From the NCBI GenBank assembly GCA_963667015.2, contig CAXXJJ010000004.1, forward strand, positions 3,168,001-3,232,000: DNA of 64,000 bases. The letters are read 5' to 3'. The notes beneath the pieces are model-generated. The model made no database searches and had not been told where the DNA came from. It worked only from the letters and a program-made list of their open reading frames with translations. Both the position numbers and the translations under genes were made by a program. Source of the stretch: Desulfatiglandales bacterium. GTDB taxonomy: Bacteria > Desulfobacterota > DSM-4660 > Desulfatiglandales > HGW-15. Below are positions 40,326 through 51,733 of this stretch, piece after piece. Position 1 is the stretch's first letter; the number at the start of each line of letters is the position of its first letter.

Positions 40326-41324
40326 ATTTATTATAAATGCCAGTTGTTCACCCATCTTTATGCTGGTTTCATATCCTTTTTCTGTATTCTCCAGAATATC
40401 ACGATCCAACTGAACTTTACCCTTTTCCAAAAGGATAATAATTGTCGAACCGCCGAATGCAAACCAGCCCTTTTCCTGACCCTTTTTAACATCAGTATCA
40501 GGAGTATAACTCTGAACAATAGAACCGACCATGGTAGCCCCTACTTCACACATCAGGATATCACCTGCGCTGGCAGAACTTAACACACTGTATTCCCGAG
40601 TATTTTCCCAGTAAATTTTCATCCTCTTTTTCACTGCATAGGGGGATACTGAATAGTAGGAGCCGTCAATCCTTTTTGATCTTGATATTCGGCCATCTGC
40701 CGGAAAATGAAAACGATGGTAATCCGCCGGAGCCAGCCGGATAATCATCAGTGCTCCACCCTTATACATGCTGCTCAGTGATTGATCCTGCAAAAATTCC
40801 TCAAGAGAGAATTCCTGCCCCTTGGCAAAAAATGTATCAAGCCTGTTAATTTCCGGAAAGACCATAACTTTTCCATCTGCCGGAGAAACTATTGCCTCAG
40901 GATTGTCATTAATCGGCCGGGCTTCCGGTTTTAACTCCCGGATAAAAAAATCATTGAATGTAGTAAAATCATGAACGGGACGAAGAACTTCACTCATATC
41001 TATCTGCAGACTTTTTATGAAATCCGGAATTTTTGCCCTTGATGCCGCGGTATCCATCTTTTTTCCATACCACTGTGTTAAAAACTTCCTTTTAACAAGC
41101 ATCTCCAGGGTAAGTTTTCCAAAAGGATAATAATACAGCCATCTAAGCCATCCTTCACCCGGAACAATCTCCTGCTTTATCTCACCAGTTTTTCGATCGA
41201 TATATTTAATATTCTTCATCTCGTTTCCTTCTAAGGCTATAGAAGCAACAACTATTATAATTATTAAGACGATAACTCCAGCAAATTTCAGCAATGCATT
41301 TGATTTCATTGCTTTATTTCTCAT
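40323..41324 (-). CDS. psd: Phosphatidylserine decarboxylase proenzyme
   Basis: FNDFFIR, SPADG, RLAPADYHRFHFP, FGGST cleavage site. Confidence 0.95.
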   Translation of the reverse strand: MRNKAMKSNALLKFAGVIVLIIIIVVASIALEGNEMKNIKYIDRKTGEIKQEIVPGEGWLRWLYYYPFGKLTLEMLVKRKFLTQWYGKKMDTAASRAKIPDFIKSLQIDMSEVLRPVHDFTTFNDFFIRELKPEARPINDNPEAIVSPADGKVMVFPEINRLDTFFAKGQEFSLEEFLQDQSLSSMYKGGALMIIRLAPADYHRFHFPADGRISRSKRIDGSYYSVSPYAVKKRMKIYWENTREYSVLSSASAGDILMCEVGATMVGSIVQSYTPDTDVKKGQEKGWFAFGGSTIIILLEKGKVQLDRDILENTEKGYETSIKMGEQLAFIIN

Positions 41325-42278
41325 TTACCTTTCATTTCCTTTAAAGGGAGATTCATTATTAAAGTCCGGCAGGAATTCAGATTTCTCATCCATCAAGTCG
41401 TAACCGGAAGGAAACTGCACAAACATATTCTTAAAACCCAGCTCAAGAGCATGTGAATAAACTGCACCAAATTCTTCAACAGCAAGAAACCGGTTCATAT
41501 CATTGTCATCATGGGTGATAACGGGGTGATATTGCGACATAAGACTTATCGGGATGCCTGCTCCGAATTCAAGGAAAAGGGAATTAAGGGCATTTATGGA
41601 GTTTTCAATCTTTCCCGGAAGAATCAGATGCCTCACCAGAACACCCTTTGCTGCAACATCCATCCCCTTTTCATATGAATCCAGAAAGCCCTTTTGCCTT
41701 ACCATCTCAACAATAGCGTCAAGGGCTTTTTGAGGATAGTCTTTACATCTGGAAAACTTTTTTGCGATTTCAGGATCTGAATACTTATAATCCGGCATAT
41801 ATATATCAGCAAAGTCTTCCGCAACCTTAAGTAATTCAAGCGACTGGTAGCCGGAAGTATTATAGAGGATCGGTGTTGTGTAGCCGTTTTCTCTCAGTCT
41901 TTCAACAATCTGAAAAGTATATGGAAAAAAGTGATCGGGGGTTACAAAATTGATATTGTGGACGCCATATGTATCTATCATCCCGGCTGTTTTTTCATAG
42001 AAATCTTCCGGCGTAATTACATCTCCCACACCTTCCATTGATATCTGGTGGTTCTGGCAAAAGGTGCACCTGAGAGAACAGCCACTGAAAAATATAGTGC
42101 CGGAGCCCCTGCTTCCCGATATTGGCGGCTCTTCACCGTGATGAGGTCCAATGTGTGCAACGCGGAGATGGCTGCTTTGTCCGCAGAATGCCTTCTTTTC
42201 TGCACCTGAGATTGTGCGATCGACCTTACATCCTCTGGGGCATAATTCACATTTTTTAAAAAGGTTTATATGATCCAT
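41325..42278 (-). CDS. PflX-like radical SAM protein
   Basis: CELCPRGC.VDR, H.GEEPPISG, GCSLRCTFCQN, NINFVTP, VRHLILP, MSQY. Confidence 0.9.
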   Translation of the reverse strand: MDHINLFKKCELCPRGCKVDRTISGAEKKAFCGQSSHLRVAHIGPHHGEEPPISGSRGSGTIFFSGCSLRCTFCQNHQISMEGVGDVITPEDFYEKTAGMIDTYGVHNINFVTPDHFFPYTFQIVERLRENGYTTPILYNTSGYQSLELLKVAEDFADIYMPDYKYSDPEIAKKFSRCKDYPQKALDAIVEMVRQKGFLDSYEKGMDVAAKGVLVRHLILPGKIENSINALNSLFLEFGAGIPISLMSQYHPVITHDDNDMNRFLAVEEFGAVYSHALELGFKNMFVQFPSGYDLMDEKSEFLPDFNNESPFKGNER

Positions 42279-42450
42279 TTATTTATCATTCCCTTATTAG
42301 GACTCACTATATCACGAAATGATTCCTGCATTCTATCCGGTTTTTTGAGCCCTCAAGAGGTGGCATATAAAGTGCCACCCTACGAAAAACCTCGAAAAAC
42401 GAAGGATGGAGGTCCACCCTAATGATGTTGAACCAAGTTCCAATATATAC

Positions 42451-42553
42451 TCCTCTCCCTTGATGGGAGAGGTTGGGAGAGGGTGACAGAATAGAGACCT
42501 CATACCTTATTGTTATTTCCTCCCCCTCCCTTAATCCCTCGAGGGGAGGGGAA
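42451..42553. repeat. Inverted pair of REP-like elements
   Basis: CCTCTCCC-TTGAT-GGGAGAGG-TTGGGAGAGGGTGA and the degenerate inverted copy TCCCCCTCCC...GAGGGGAGGGGA. Confidence 0.7.
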
Positions 42554-42628
42554 TTTTCTGGGGGCATTATTCGCAATTCAACAACATCGAGGATATCCCT
42601 CATCACATCAACAGACACATACCATTTG

Positions 42629-45600
42629 CTAAAACAGGCTCAACTGTTTTTCTTTCTTTTTAGGCTTCCACTTTTTCCGCTCAAGAGGCTTAATATTCTT
42701 TTCCGGGATAAGATCAAGATAGGGAGACACATTCATATCGAGCGACCGGTTATTTATTTTCCTGCTTTTTGTATGAGACAGGATCAGCCTGTTTTTCGCC
42801 CTGGTTATTCCAACATAAAACAGTCGTCTCTCTTCTTCATAATCGCTGTCACCGAATATTTTGAGTGGAATTATCCGGTCCTCACATCCGGTAATAAAAA
42901 CAACCGGCCATTCCAGTCCCTTGGCAGCATGAACAGACATCAACGCTGCCCTGTCACCCTTAAATGCAGTATTATCAATACCTCTTTCAAGTGAAAGAAT
43001 ATCAGTAATGGATGTAATGCTGGGATTTTCTTTAACACTCTCTTTTAAACGCGTAACGGCTATCATTGGTTCATCAGAGGATAAGTCAAAATTATGCATG
43101 GAAATAATATCATCTAACACACGGATAATGTCTTTACCCGCCGGCATTGCATTTGAAAGGGCATCTGTCTCAATCTTATATTTCTGCATTAGCTCAAGGT
43201 ATTTATCCATATACAATTTGTTTTCGGTGAAAACCTGAGACTGTAAATACCGCATGATAACATCTACCGGATACTGCCCGGTTAAAGGTTTTTCCCCTGA
43301 GCGAACATATGGTATTCCGGCCCTGGACAATGCCTCCTCAAGGGCATCCCCCTGGGAGTTTGTCCTGAAAAGGACACCTATATCACCAAAACCAGTATTG
43401 TCGTCCCCATCCTCATGGGATGCAACCCTGCCGCTGTCCAGAGAGAAATAACTTGTACCTCCAAGTATTTTTTCTATCTGCTCGACCACCATTTCAGCCT
43501 CGGAAGCTGCAGTCCCGCATTCACTTATACGTACAAAATCCCCTTTTCCGGAAGTTCCCTCGAGTCGGCTTTCCTTTCCTAGTATAGCGGCAGCAGATTC
43601 AAGGATATTATCTGTGGACCTGTAATTTATTGAGAGAGATATTTCGAATGCGCCATTAAAATCTTCTGCAAACCTGTAAAAATTATCCATATCTGCTCCC
43701 CTGAAACCATAGATTGCCTGGTCAGGGTCACCGATTGCACAGATCAGGTTTATCTTATCCTTGATAAGATGTTTTAGTATGAGAGACTGAATATGATTCG
43801 TGTCCTGATACTCATCCACAAATACCCTTTTAAATTTTTCCGCATACTCAAGGCTGATATCAGGACATTTAATAAAGAGCCTCAATGTCTCGGCCTCAAG
43901 ATCATTAAAATCAAGCATGTTAAGGGATCTAAGGCCCTGCATATATTTTTCAAACAAGGGAAGAAGTTCCTCGTATTCCTCATCCGGTTCCCTGCCCATG
44001 GCCGCCATATACTTTAAATCTGACAGCGCCTTTTTGAATCTTGATACCGTCTGCCTGTCAGCGCCAGCTTCATTTGAGATGTTATCAATGATCAGCCGGG
44101 AATCCCCTTCCGAACAGATGGAAAAATCATGAGGGATATTCAGGTTGTTTCCATTCTCTCTAAGGATATTCAGGCAGAACCCATGAAATGTGGATATGGT
44201 TATTCCCTCTTTTGTTACACCGGGAAGAAGTGCATTCACCCTTTCCATCATTTCTCTGGCAGCCTTATTGGTAAAGGTGAGTGCAAGGACCTGGTCCGGC
44301 TTTAAGCCGTTGTTCTGTATCTCGCTCACTATTTTATGGGTAAGTGTAAGGGTCTTTCCAGTGCCGGGCCCGGCATTAATAATCAGGTGGGTTCCTGTAT
44401 GAAGAACAGCCTCCCGCTGCTTTTCATTAAGGGGATCAAGCACAGGATCAACGAATGAGGCCTGTTTACCGGTTTTCAGGTCTTTTTTTTTTGCCTTAAC
44501 GATCTTTTTTACATCCGGTTTTGGTTTCTTTTCTTTTTCTAATTCAACAACCTTGAACAGTCTTTTTTGCCCGATCAGTTCATGCTTCTCTGAATCATTG
44601 AACAGCCTGATCACACCGTATTCACCGTCATAGCCTTCCTGCCTTATCACCTCTCCGCTGCGCATTCTTGATATGGCCCTGGAAAGTAAAATGCCCCCGG
44701 CTGTCTCGATATCTGACAGATCCATATGCAAGAGGATATCAAGCTCAGGTCCCAGTTCTGCAAGCAGTTTTTCATAGGCAGTGTTTACAGTCTTTGTATT
44801 CGGCCCTGTCCCGATAATTTCTGACAGGATTTCAGCAAGTGGAATCAGACTGTGAAATTCCTTTTGAAGCACCGGACTTTCCCTGTCCGCCAGTTCAGCT
44901 ACACGATGAAAAACACCAACGGTTACCGGTTTTCCGCACACAGGACATATGCCGTCATTCTTTATGGTGTCATTGGGATGCAGCATCATATTGCACTTGC
45001 GGTGCCCGTCCATATGATACTTACCCTCTTCCGGATAAAACTCTATTGTCCCTTCAAAACCATTCTTCTCTTTCATTGCCCTTATCATGCTGTCATAATC
45101 AGGATTGCAGTTAAAAATATTTGCCTCTCTTCCGAGCTTTGAAGGGGAGTGCGCATCTGAATTGGACACAAGCAGATATTTATCCAGCGCTGAAAGGAGC
45201 CGGTTCATGGGCGGATCAGAAGAAAGCCCGGTCTCAAGTGCATGTATGTAATGGGTAAGGTCCTCAAAACATTCTTCGATATCATCAAAACCTGACTTGG
45301 ATCCGAATAAAGAAAACCATGGGGTCCACACATGTGCGGGGATAAAGAATCCTCTGTCACTGGCCTCAAGCATCATCTCAAGCAATATTTTTGAATCAAG
45401 CCCGAGTATGGGTCTTCCGTCGGATTTTATATTTCCAATCTTATCAAGAGCAGTGTTGAACTTTTCTGCGGACTCAAAATCCGGCATAAGAATGAGGTTA
45501 TGGTTTTTCCTTGTTCTGTCATTCTTTTTATATATACAGCTTATCTCGCCCGAAAGAATGAATAGGCTTTTAGAGGCACAGGCAGAAGGAACATCTCCTG

Positions 45601-45823
45601 AATTTTCCTTTTCATATTCAGGTTTTAGTCTGAAAAGACCATTTTCAGCTTCCTGAAATTTTTCTTTAAGTTCATTGAACCATTCGGGATGAGTAAAATC
45701 GCCCGTACCTATTACCCTGATCCCTTTTTTCTGCCCCCAAAGGGACAGAGCTTCAGGGGTAAGAGACCTCGAAGTAGCACGGGAATACCTGGAGTGTATG
45801 TGAAGATCAGCTATGAATTCCAT
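42629..45823 (-). CDS. Endonuclease Q-like PHP domain fused to a UvrD/PcrA-family helicase
   Basis: ADLHIHS.YS.ATS, GTGDFTHP, PAHVWTPW, SNSDAHS, GKYH..GH..C, CPVCG; then AGPGTGKT, TFT, DEYQD, NYRS, KGLEW, YVGITRA. Confidence 0.92.
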   Translation of the reverse strand: MEFIADLHIHSRYSRATSRSLTPEALSLWGQKKGIRVIGTGDFTHPEWFNELKEKFQEAENGLFRLKPEYEKENSGDVPSACASKSLFILSGEISCIYKKNDRTRKNHNLILMPDFESAEKFNTALDKIGNIKSDGRPILGLDSKILLEMMLEASDRGFFIPAHVWTPWFSLFGSKSGFDDIEECFEDLTHYIHALETGLSSDPPMNRLLSALDKYLLVSNSDAHSPSKLGREANIFNCNPDYDSMIRAMKEKNGFEGTIEFYPEEGKYHMDGHRKCNMMLHPNDTIKNDGICPVCGKPVTVGVFHRVAELADRESPVLQKEFHSLIPLAEILSEIIGTGPNTKTVNTAYEKLLAELGPELDILLHMDLSDIETAGGILLSRAISRMRSGEVIRQEGYDGEYGVIRLFNDSEKHELIGQKRLFKVVELEKEKKPKPDVKKIVKAKKKDLKTGKQASFVDPVLDPLNEKQREAVLHTGTHLIINAGPGTGKTLTLTHKIVSEIQNNGLKPDQVLALTFTNKAAREMMERVNALLPGVTKEGITISTFHGFCLNILRENGNNLNIPHDFSICSEGDSRLIIDNISNEAGADRQTVSRFKKALSDLKYMAAMGREPDEEYEELLPLFEKYMQGLRSLNMLDFNDLEAETLRLFIKCPDISLEYAEKFKRVFVDEYQDTNHIQSLILKHLIKDKINLICAIGDPDQAIYGFRGADMDNFYRFAEDFNGAFEISLSINYRSTDNILESAAAILGKESRLEGTSGKGDFVRISECGTAASEAEMVVEQIEKILGGTSYFSLDSGRVASHEDGDDNTGFGDIGVLFRTNSQGDALEEALSRAGIPYVRSGEKPLTGQYPVDVIMRYLQSQVFTENKLYMDKYLELMQKYKIETDALSNAMPAGKDIIRVLDDIISMHNFDLSSDEPMIAVTRLKESVKENPSITSITDILSLERGIDNTAFKGDRAALMSVHAAKGLEWPVVFITGCEDRIIPLKIFGDSDYEEERRLFYVGITRAKNRLILSHTKSRKINNRSLDMNVSPYLDLIPEKNIKPLERKKWKPKKKEKQLSLF

Positions 45824-45919
45824 AGAGGAGATAATTGATTATCCGCATGAACATGTCAAGGAAGATAATGATCAGGAGTCGTCATCTAGTAAATAGTCTT
45901 CCCTAACACCCTGCGCCTC

Positions 45920-45996
45920 TTGTCCCGCCATAGCTTTAGCGACAGCGGGGATGAGATATGAGCCATTTTTCGCGGCGCAGCTTCAGCAAAGACGGG
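45920..45996. repeat. Dispersed REP-like repeat, copies 2 and 3
   Basis: TTGTCCCGCCATAGCTTTAGCGACAGCGG and TCGCGGCGCAGCTTCAGCAAAGACGG. Confidence 0.7.
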
Positions 45997-46006
45997 TATG
46001 CCTGGT

Positions 46007-46615
46007 TTAAAGTTCATCCACATTAAGTTCAACCGGGTCTTCAAAATAGGCACCACTTGCACATGGCCTGCAATGCGCCCGGTTATCTATCACGACTTCC
46101 TTACCGTCCCTCACTACCTGCCCGCATTTTACACAGACGGTCTTCTTCTTAGAGGGGCCGGGCATTTCATACTCCATATAAGGAATTTTTACCTTCTGTA
46201 CCCTGAACAGGACACTGAGAGGCATACGCTTATATGCTTCGACCTGCTGTTTTGATTTATGTTCAATCTCCGGGGCATACTCCGATACAAGATTCCGGCT
46301 TTCTTCAGTTGAAATAATCCTGTACGCATCTCTTGTTTCAAGGTTTAAAAAAGTAGCGGCCATAATGCCGTAATCAGTAAACTTGAGAGATCGTCGTCCC
46401 AGTTTCACACCGGTCACATATGCCACGGCATCAGCCGTGCACCTATCCATCTCAACATAAACGATCAGTTTTTTTAACTGGTCCAGACGGCGAGGATTAT
46501 CAAACCCGATAAGACGGCAGCCGAGCATGGCCATTCGCACACCAACAACCTGGCCGGCGCAGAGATGCCCGTGTTCCTTTGCCGAGCCTTCAAGTAATGT
46601 TTCAAATGATTCCAA
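46007..46615 (-). CDS. FmdE-family protein with C-terminal zinc finger
   Basis: HGHLCAG, E.DRCTADA, C..CG...C..C. Confidence 0.9.
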   Translation of the reverse strand: MESFETLLEGSAKEHGHLCAGQVVGVRMAMLGCRLIGFDNPRRLDQLKKLIVYVEMDRCTADAVAYVTGVKLGRRSLKFTDYGIMAATFLNLETRDAYRIISTEESRNLVSEYAPEIEHKSKQQVEAYKRMPLSVLFRVQKVKIPYMEYEMPGPSKKKTVCVKCGQVVRDGKEVVIDNRAHCRPCASGAYFEDPVELNVDEL

Positions 46616-46821
46616 TTTATTATTTTCCTTTTATTATAAACTTATGTTATCGGTAACATATGAAATAACGTCCGGTCAATTCATTTCTTTATATCAAAAA
46701 TAAAATAACCGCTTGCAGATATATCTCCGCTGCAGAAGCGATTAATTTATTTGATAAAACGGGATTTTTACAATATCAGGGCAGGCCCGATCCCTGGAAG
46801 TTTTTTCAGGTATTTTTATGT

Positions 46822-48321
46822 TTACTTCATGGCTGCAATAATCTGTTTTTTTAATTCCCTCTTCAGGACCTTTCCAGCGGTACTTTTGGGAAGTTCATCA
46901 ATAGTATTAAATTCCTTAGGGACTTTATACCCGGCGAGATGGTCCTTCATGTATTTCTTAACGTCAGCAGGATCAATCGTGTAACCGTCTTTTGGGACAA
47001 TATAAGCGGTCACCCTTTCACCATATTCTTTGTCAGGCAGGCCTATTACTGCGCACTCTTTAACACCGGGGTATGTAAATAATACCTCCTCCACCTCCCG
47101 CGGATAAACATTTTCACCTCCGGTGATAACCATGTCTTTAAACCGGTCCACAATAAAGAGGTATCCGTCCTCGTCTAAATACCCGACGTCGCCCGACCTG
47201 AACCAGTCAAACCAGAAGGCCCTTGCGGTTTCCTTACGATTATTCAGATACCCTTTAAAGATATTCAACCCGCGCAGGCATATTTCTCCAACCTCTCCCT
47301 GCTCAAGCATTTTCCCTAAACGATCCCTTATCTGTATTTCCATAAGATTTGCGGGAGTTCCCACCGAACCGATCACATGTCTGTGATAATGGTTGAATGT
47401 GACAATAGAGGCACTTTCTGTCAGGCCGTAACTTTCATGAATATCCAGCCCGGTCCTTGCCTTCCATTCTCTGACCACTTCGGCTGCCATGCTTGCGGCA
47501 GCAGAAAAACAATATGTAACTGATTTGAACTTCTCCTTGAGATCAGGGATCTGAAGCATTCTTATATAAATGGTCGGCACAGCATAAAATTTGGTTACGT
47601 TATGGCGGCTGATCGCATCAACGGCCTGATCCATATTAAATGACGGCTGAATGACCAGTCCCCCTGAACTGTAGATAGTTGCGTTTAAAACATGCATCTG
47701 GCCAAACACATGGTTCAGGGGTAAAAAGCACAATGTCCTGTCTTTTTCACTGCTTCTCTCATACCGGGCAACATTGGATATCGGAAAGAGGATATTCTCA
47801 TGGGACAGCATCGCGCCCTTTGGCGAACCTGTTGTGCCCCCTGTATAAAGTATTGCGGCTATGTCATCCCTCTCCCTGTCCACAGTTTTATATGAAGGCT
47901 CTCCATTTTCGGCAAATTTCAGGCAGCTGCGGCCCCCTTTATCAGTGATTACAAGGTCGGGTTTATAGTTTGAATCTGTGTATTCCAGATCCGGCAGCCT
48001 GTCCTCTGTTGTGAAAAGTACCATGGGCTTACAATCAATAAGTATATTCTGGAATTCATATTTTGTTAAAAGGTATGAAAAGGTAACGGCAACAGCACCG
48101 CATTTAAGCGCTCCAAAATACAAGGCAATCCAGTCATAACTGTTAGGCGCACAAAGACCTATATAGTCCCCCGGTTGAACTCCATAATCTGTAAGGCTTG
48201 AGGCAACTCTGCTTGCATATTCGTTAAACTCTCTATAAGTATAGTTCTTCCCGTCTTCTATAATGGCAATATTATCCGGAAAAAACCGGGCAGAATTCTC
48301 AAGAATATTGGCTAAATTCAT
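46822..48321 (-). CDS. Acyl-CoA ligase (AMP-binding)
   Basis: YTGGTTGSPKG, SYGLTE, SGD.G, GGENVYP.EVE, GKVLK. Confidence 0.93.
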   Translation of the reverse strand: MNLANILENSARFFPDNIAIIEDGKNYTYREFNEYASRVASSLTDYGVQPGDYIGLCAPNSYDWIALYFGALKCGAVAVTFSYLLTKYEFQNILIDCKPMVLFTTEDRLPDLEYTDSNYKPDLVITDKGGRSCLKFAENGEPSYKTVDRERDDIAAILYTGGTTGSPKGAMLSHENILFPISNVARYERSSEKDRTLCFLPLNHVFGQMHVLNATIYSSGGLVIQPSFNMDQAVDAISRHNVTKFYAVPTIYIRMLQIPDLKEKFKSVTYCFSAAASMAAEVVREWKARTGLDIHESYGLTESASIVTFNHYHRHVIGSVGTPANLMEIQIRDRLGKMLEQGEVGEICLRGLNIFKGYLNNRKETARAFWFDWFRSGDVGYLDEDGYLFIVDRFKDMVITGGENVYPREVEEVLFTYPGVKECAVIGLPDKEYGERVTAYIVPKDGYTIDPADVKKYMKDHLAGYKVPKEFNTIDELPKSTAGKVLKRELKKQIIAAMK

Positions 48322-48932
48322 ACATAATCTCCCATAGGGTTTTATAAAACTTAAAAATAAATAAATTAAAGCAGCATTGCTCTGAGAACCAGAGGTCTAT
48401 ATACCGAACAAATCACCCTATATAGACATTTTTTTTTTAACTTTCAACCTTTAATCATATTTGATGATTATTATATTGTACCCGACATACAAAATCCGGA
48501 TGGATTTATTTCTGTATCAGGAAGGAAATTTTCTATCATATATAAGTTTAACCTGCACATGCAGAGGATTAATGCAAGGCATGTGCAAAAAAATTAATAG
48601 TTGTAAATGTCAGGACAAATATAAATAGTATAATCCGATTATTTGACAAATGCAGACAGGATAGGCTTCAATTATTAGAAATTTACAAAAATAAAATATA
48701 ATGTTATAAATATTCGTTTAATAAATTCGGACAGACACACTAAAAATATTATTAGGAAATTCAATGGTTTATCGAAGTATTCAGAGACAGATTCAATAAA
48801 TAAAAAAGTTTATTCTATAAATACAGCCTGACAGCATTCTCTGCACTATTTACTTCATAACCATAAAACAAAATTATATTATATCTATTAGAATTATTGT
48901 CTAAAGTCCTAATATAAAGAGGAGGTTTTCAA

Positions 48933-50747
48933 TTGAGTCAAATTTACAAAAATCTTGCACTCTGGCTGGTAATTTTTCTTATGGTTATCATGCTGTTTCA
49001 GATATTCAAACACCAGGATGCTGCAAGTTCAACAATACCCTACAGTGAATTCATCGGTATGGTAGAAGAAGGAAATGTCTACAACGTAACCATTCAGGGA
49101 CAAAATATAAAAGGCGACTCCGCCAAAGGCCCCTTCAGGACATATGCCCCGAACGATCCTCAACTTTTTTCTTTATTAAATGAAAAGGTGGCTAATATAA
49201 CAGTAGACCCCCCGGAGGATTCCCCCTGGTTTCAATATATACTCGGATGGCTGCCGATGCTCCTTATCATTGGTGTATGGCTCTACTTCATGAGGCAGAT
49301 GCAGTCTGGCGGCGGCAAGGCCCTTTCATTCGGAAAAAGCAAGGCAAGACTGATGAGCGATGGCCAGGAAAAGGTCACATTTGAGGATGTCGCTGGAATC
49401 GACGAGGCCAAGGAAGAACTGGAAGAGATCATAGAGTTTTTAAGAGATCCCAAAAAATTCACCAGACTTGGAGGAAGAATACCCAAGGGAGTTTTGCTCG
49501 TAGGATCTCCCGGAACAGGTAAAACACTCCTCGCAAGGGCAATAGCGGGAGAGGCAGGTGTACCATTCTTCAGCATAAGCGGTTCCGACTTTGTAGAGAT
49601 GTTTGTTGGCGTTGGTGCATCAAGGGTAAGGGACCTGTTTATACAGGGCAAAAAGAATGCTCCATGTATCATATTTATAGATGAGATTGATGCAGTAGGC
49701 CGTCACAGGGGTGCAGGCCTTGGCGGGGGACATGATGAAAGGGAACAGACTCTGAACCAGCTCCTGGTTGAGATGGACGGTTTTGAATCAAATGAAGGTG
49801 TAATACTTATTGCAGCCACAAACAGGCCGGATGTACTTGACCCTGCCCTGTTAAGACCGGGACGTTTCGACCGCCAGGTAGTCGTTCCGCCGCCGGATAT
49901 CAGGGGTCGTGAGGGAATACTCAAGGTTCATACAAGGAAAACCATCCTCGGAGATGATGTTGATGTTAAGGTCCTTGCAAGAGGGACCCCGGGTTTTACA
50001 GGAGCTGACCTTGAAAACATGGTCAATGAAGCGGCGCTTATGGGCGCAAGGCGCGGAAAAGACAAGGTCGAGATGGTTGACTTTGAAGATGCCAAGGACA
50101 AGGTCCTTATGGGCACCGAACGCAGAAGCATGATCATAAGCGATGAAGAAAAGAAGATTATTGCCTACCATGAGGCAGGTCATACACTTGTTGGCAAACT
50201 TCTGCCCCATACAGACCCGGTTCACAAGGTATCTATAATTCCCCACGGCAGGGCATTGGGCGTGACCCAGCATCTTCCGGTAGATGAGAAACATCTCCAG
50301 CCAAAGGAATACCTGGTGAATTTTATCTGGGGTCTAATGGGCGGCCGCGTGGCAGAGGAACTTGTTTTAAACCTTAAAACAACCGGCGCCAGTAACGATA
50401 TAGAACGTGCAACAGTTATCGCAAGAAAGATAGTATGCGAATACGGCATGAGCGATAACCTTGGCCCCCTTACCTACGGCAAAAAGGAAGAACAGATATT
50501 TCTTGGCAGAGAAATCTCTCAGCACAGGGATTACAGTGAAGAGACAGCCCAGCGGATTGATCAGGAGGTTAAGGACATTGTAATTGATGCCTACAATAAC
50601 ACCCGCAAGTTAATTGAAGAAAATATCGACACGCTCCACAAGATTGCAAATGGCCTGCTCGAAAAAGAAACCCTTGATGCAAAAGATATTGATGCAATCA
50701 TGGGGATTGAGCCTGCAGTCCTGGAGCTTGAGGAGGACCAGGATTAA
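48933..50747 (+). CDS. ftsH: ATP-dependent zinc metalloprotease
   Basis: Two TM helices, [27 protein letters not shown] start with GGAGG. Confidence 0.98.
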   Translation: MSQIYKNLALWLVIFLMVIMLFQIFKHQDAASSTIPYSEFIGMVEEGNVYNVTIQGQNIKGDSAKGPFRTYAPNDPQLFSLLNEKVANITVDPPEDSPWFQYILGWLPMLLIIGVWLYFMRQMQSGGGKALSFGKSKARLMSDGQEKVTFEDVAGIDEAKEELEEIIEFLRDPKKFTRLGGRIPKGVLLVGSPGTGKTLLARAIAGEAGVPFFSISGSDFVEMFVGVGASRVRDLFIQGKKNAPCIIFIDEIDAVGRHRGAGLGGGHDEREQTLNQLLVEMDGFESNEGVILIAATNRPDVLDPALLRPGRFDRQVVVPPPDIRGREGILKVHTRKTILGDDVDVKVLARGTPGFTGADLENMVNEAALMGARRGKDKVEMVDFEDAKDKVLMGTERRSMIISDEEKKIIAYHEAGHTLVGKLLPHTDPVHKVSIIPHGRALGVTQHLPVDEKHLQPKEYLVNFIWGLMGGRVAEELVLNLKTTGASNDIERATVIARKIVCEYGMSDNLGPLTYGKKEEQIFLGREISQHRDYSEETAQRIDQEVKDIVIDAYNNTRKLIEENIDTLHKIANGLLEKETLDAKDIDAIMGIEPAVLELEEDQD

Positions 50748-51620
50748 TTGACAGGCATAGGCAGAAAAGAGTTTTGCCTGACCTGGGGAAATCGCTCACT
50801 GGAACTTGGCAAAAAGACCCTGATAATGGGGGTGCTGAATGTAACCCCCGACTCCTTTTCAGATGGAGGGCACTTTTTCGTAAGAGAAAAGGCCGTTGAA
50901 CAGGCCATTGCAATGGAGGCTGAGGGGGCTGACATTATAGATATCGGCGGAGAGTCTACACGCCCATACTCAGAAAAGATCAGCCTTGAGCAGGAGTTGG
51001 AGCGTGTTGTGCCGGTTATTGAAGAACTCAGCAGGGCCGTCAAAATTCCCATAAGTATAGACACATATAAGGCAAAGGTTGCTGAATCGGCAATAACCGC
51101 AGGGGCAACAATTATTAACGACATAAGCGCCCTGAGATTTGACCCGGATATGGCATCAGTTGTCAGGGATTCAGGCATGCCTGTAATACTCATGCACATG
51201 AAGGGAACCCCTGGAGACATGCAGAATAACCCCGTGTATGAGGACCTGATGGGAGAGATAAAGACCTTTTTCAGGGAGGCAATAGAAGAAGCCGAGGAAA
51301 GGGGAATAGCAAGGGATATGCTCATCCTTGATCCTGGAATAGGCTTTGGAAAAAGTTTTGCCCATAACCTCCGGATAATACGGAACCTTAAAGAACTGGA
51401 GGCCCTTGGTCTCCCCGTACTGCTCGGCTCATCCAGAAAGGCCTTTATAGGAAACATCCTGGACAAATCACCTGAAGAAAGGGATACAGGCACAATGGCT
51501 ACAGTAGCAGCAGGCATAATGAACGGAGCCCATATTGTAAGGGTGCATAATGTAGCCATGGCTAAAGAAACGGTCAAGGTTATTGATGCAATAATGGCCG
51601 GGGAAATTATTAACAAATAA
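50748..51620 (+). CDS. folP: Dihydropteroate synthase
   Basis: MGVLNVTPDSFSDGG, GGESTRP, DPGIGFGK, SRK, RVH. Confidence 0.97.
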   Translation: MTGIGRKEFCLTWGNRSLELGKKTLIMGVLNVTPDSFSDGGHFFVREKAVEQAIAMEAEGADIIDIGGESTRPYSEKISLEQELERVVPVIEELSRAVKIPISIDTYKAKVAESAITAGATIINDISALRFDPDMASVVRDSGMPVILMHMKGTPGDMQNNPVYEDLMGEIKTFFREAIEEAEERGIARDMLILDPGIGFGKSFAHNLRIIRNLKELEALGLPVLLGSSRKAFIGNILDKSPEERDTGTMATVAAGIMNGAHIVRVHNVAMAKETVKVIDAIMAGEIINK

Positions 51621-51630
51621 TATCTTTTCT

Positions 51631-51660
51631 CCATGAGCCTTGCGCCCTGCTCCTTGAGCC
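51631..51660. repeat. Degenerate heptamer tandem repeat
   Basis: CCATGAG CCTTGCG CCCTGCT CCTTGAG CC. Confidence 0.5.
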
Positions 51661-51733
51661 GATATGTACTGATATTTTATTTAGTAAAAAAATTAGATTT
51701 CTCAAACATTTAAAAGTGAGTTAATAAAAAATC

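Noticed and set aside
42307..42618. 103-aa minus-strand ORF
   Set aside because: Translation of REP-like palindromes; no recognisable domain
46007..46615. Formylmethanofuran dehydrogenase inferred from FmdE
   Set aside because: Stand-alone FmdE-family gene with no catalytic fmd/fwd subunits nearby
48322..48932. 600-bp AT-rich divergent spacer with TGCACATGC/GCATGTGCA inverted repeat (48554-48587)
   Set aside because: Consistent with an ordinary regulatory region; no ORF or RNA family recognised
50744..51634. Long antisense ORFs (also 3483-4298, 24633-25403, 37067-37660 and many shorter ones)
   Set aside because: They lie opposite well-supported genes and carry no motifs
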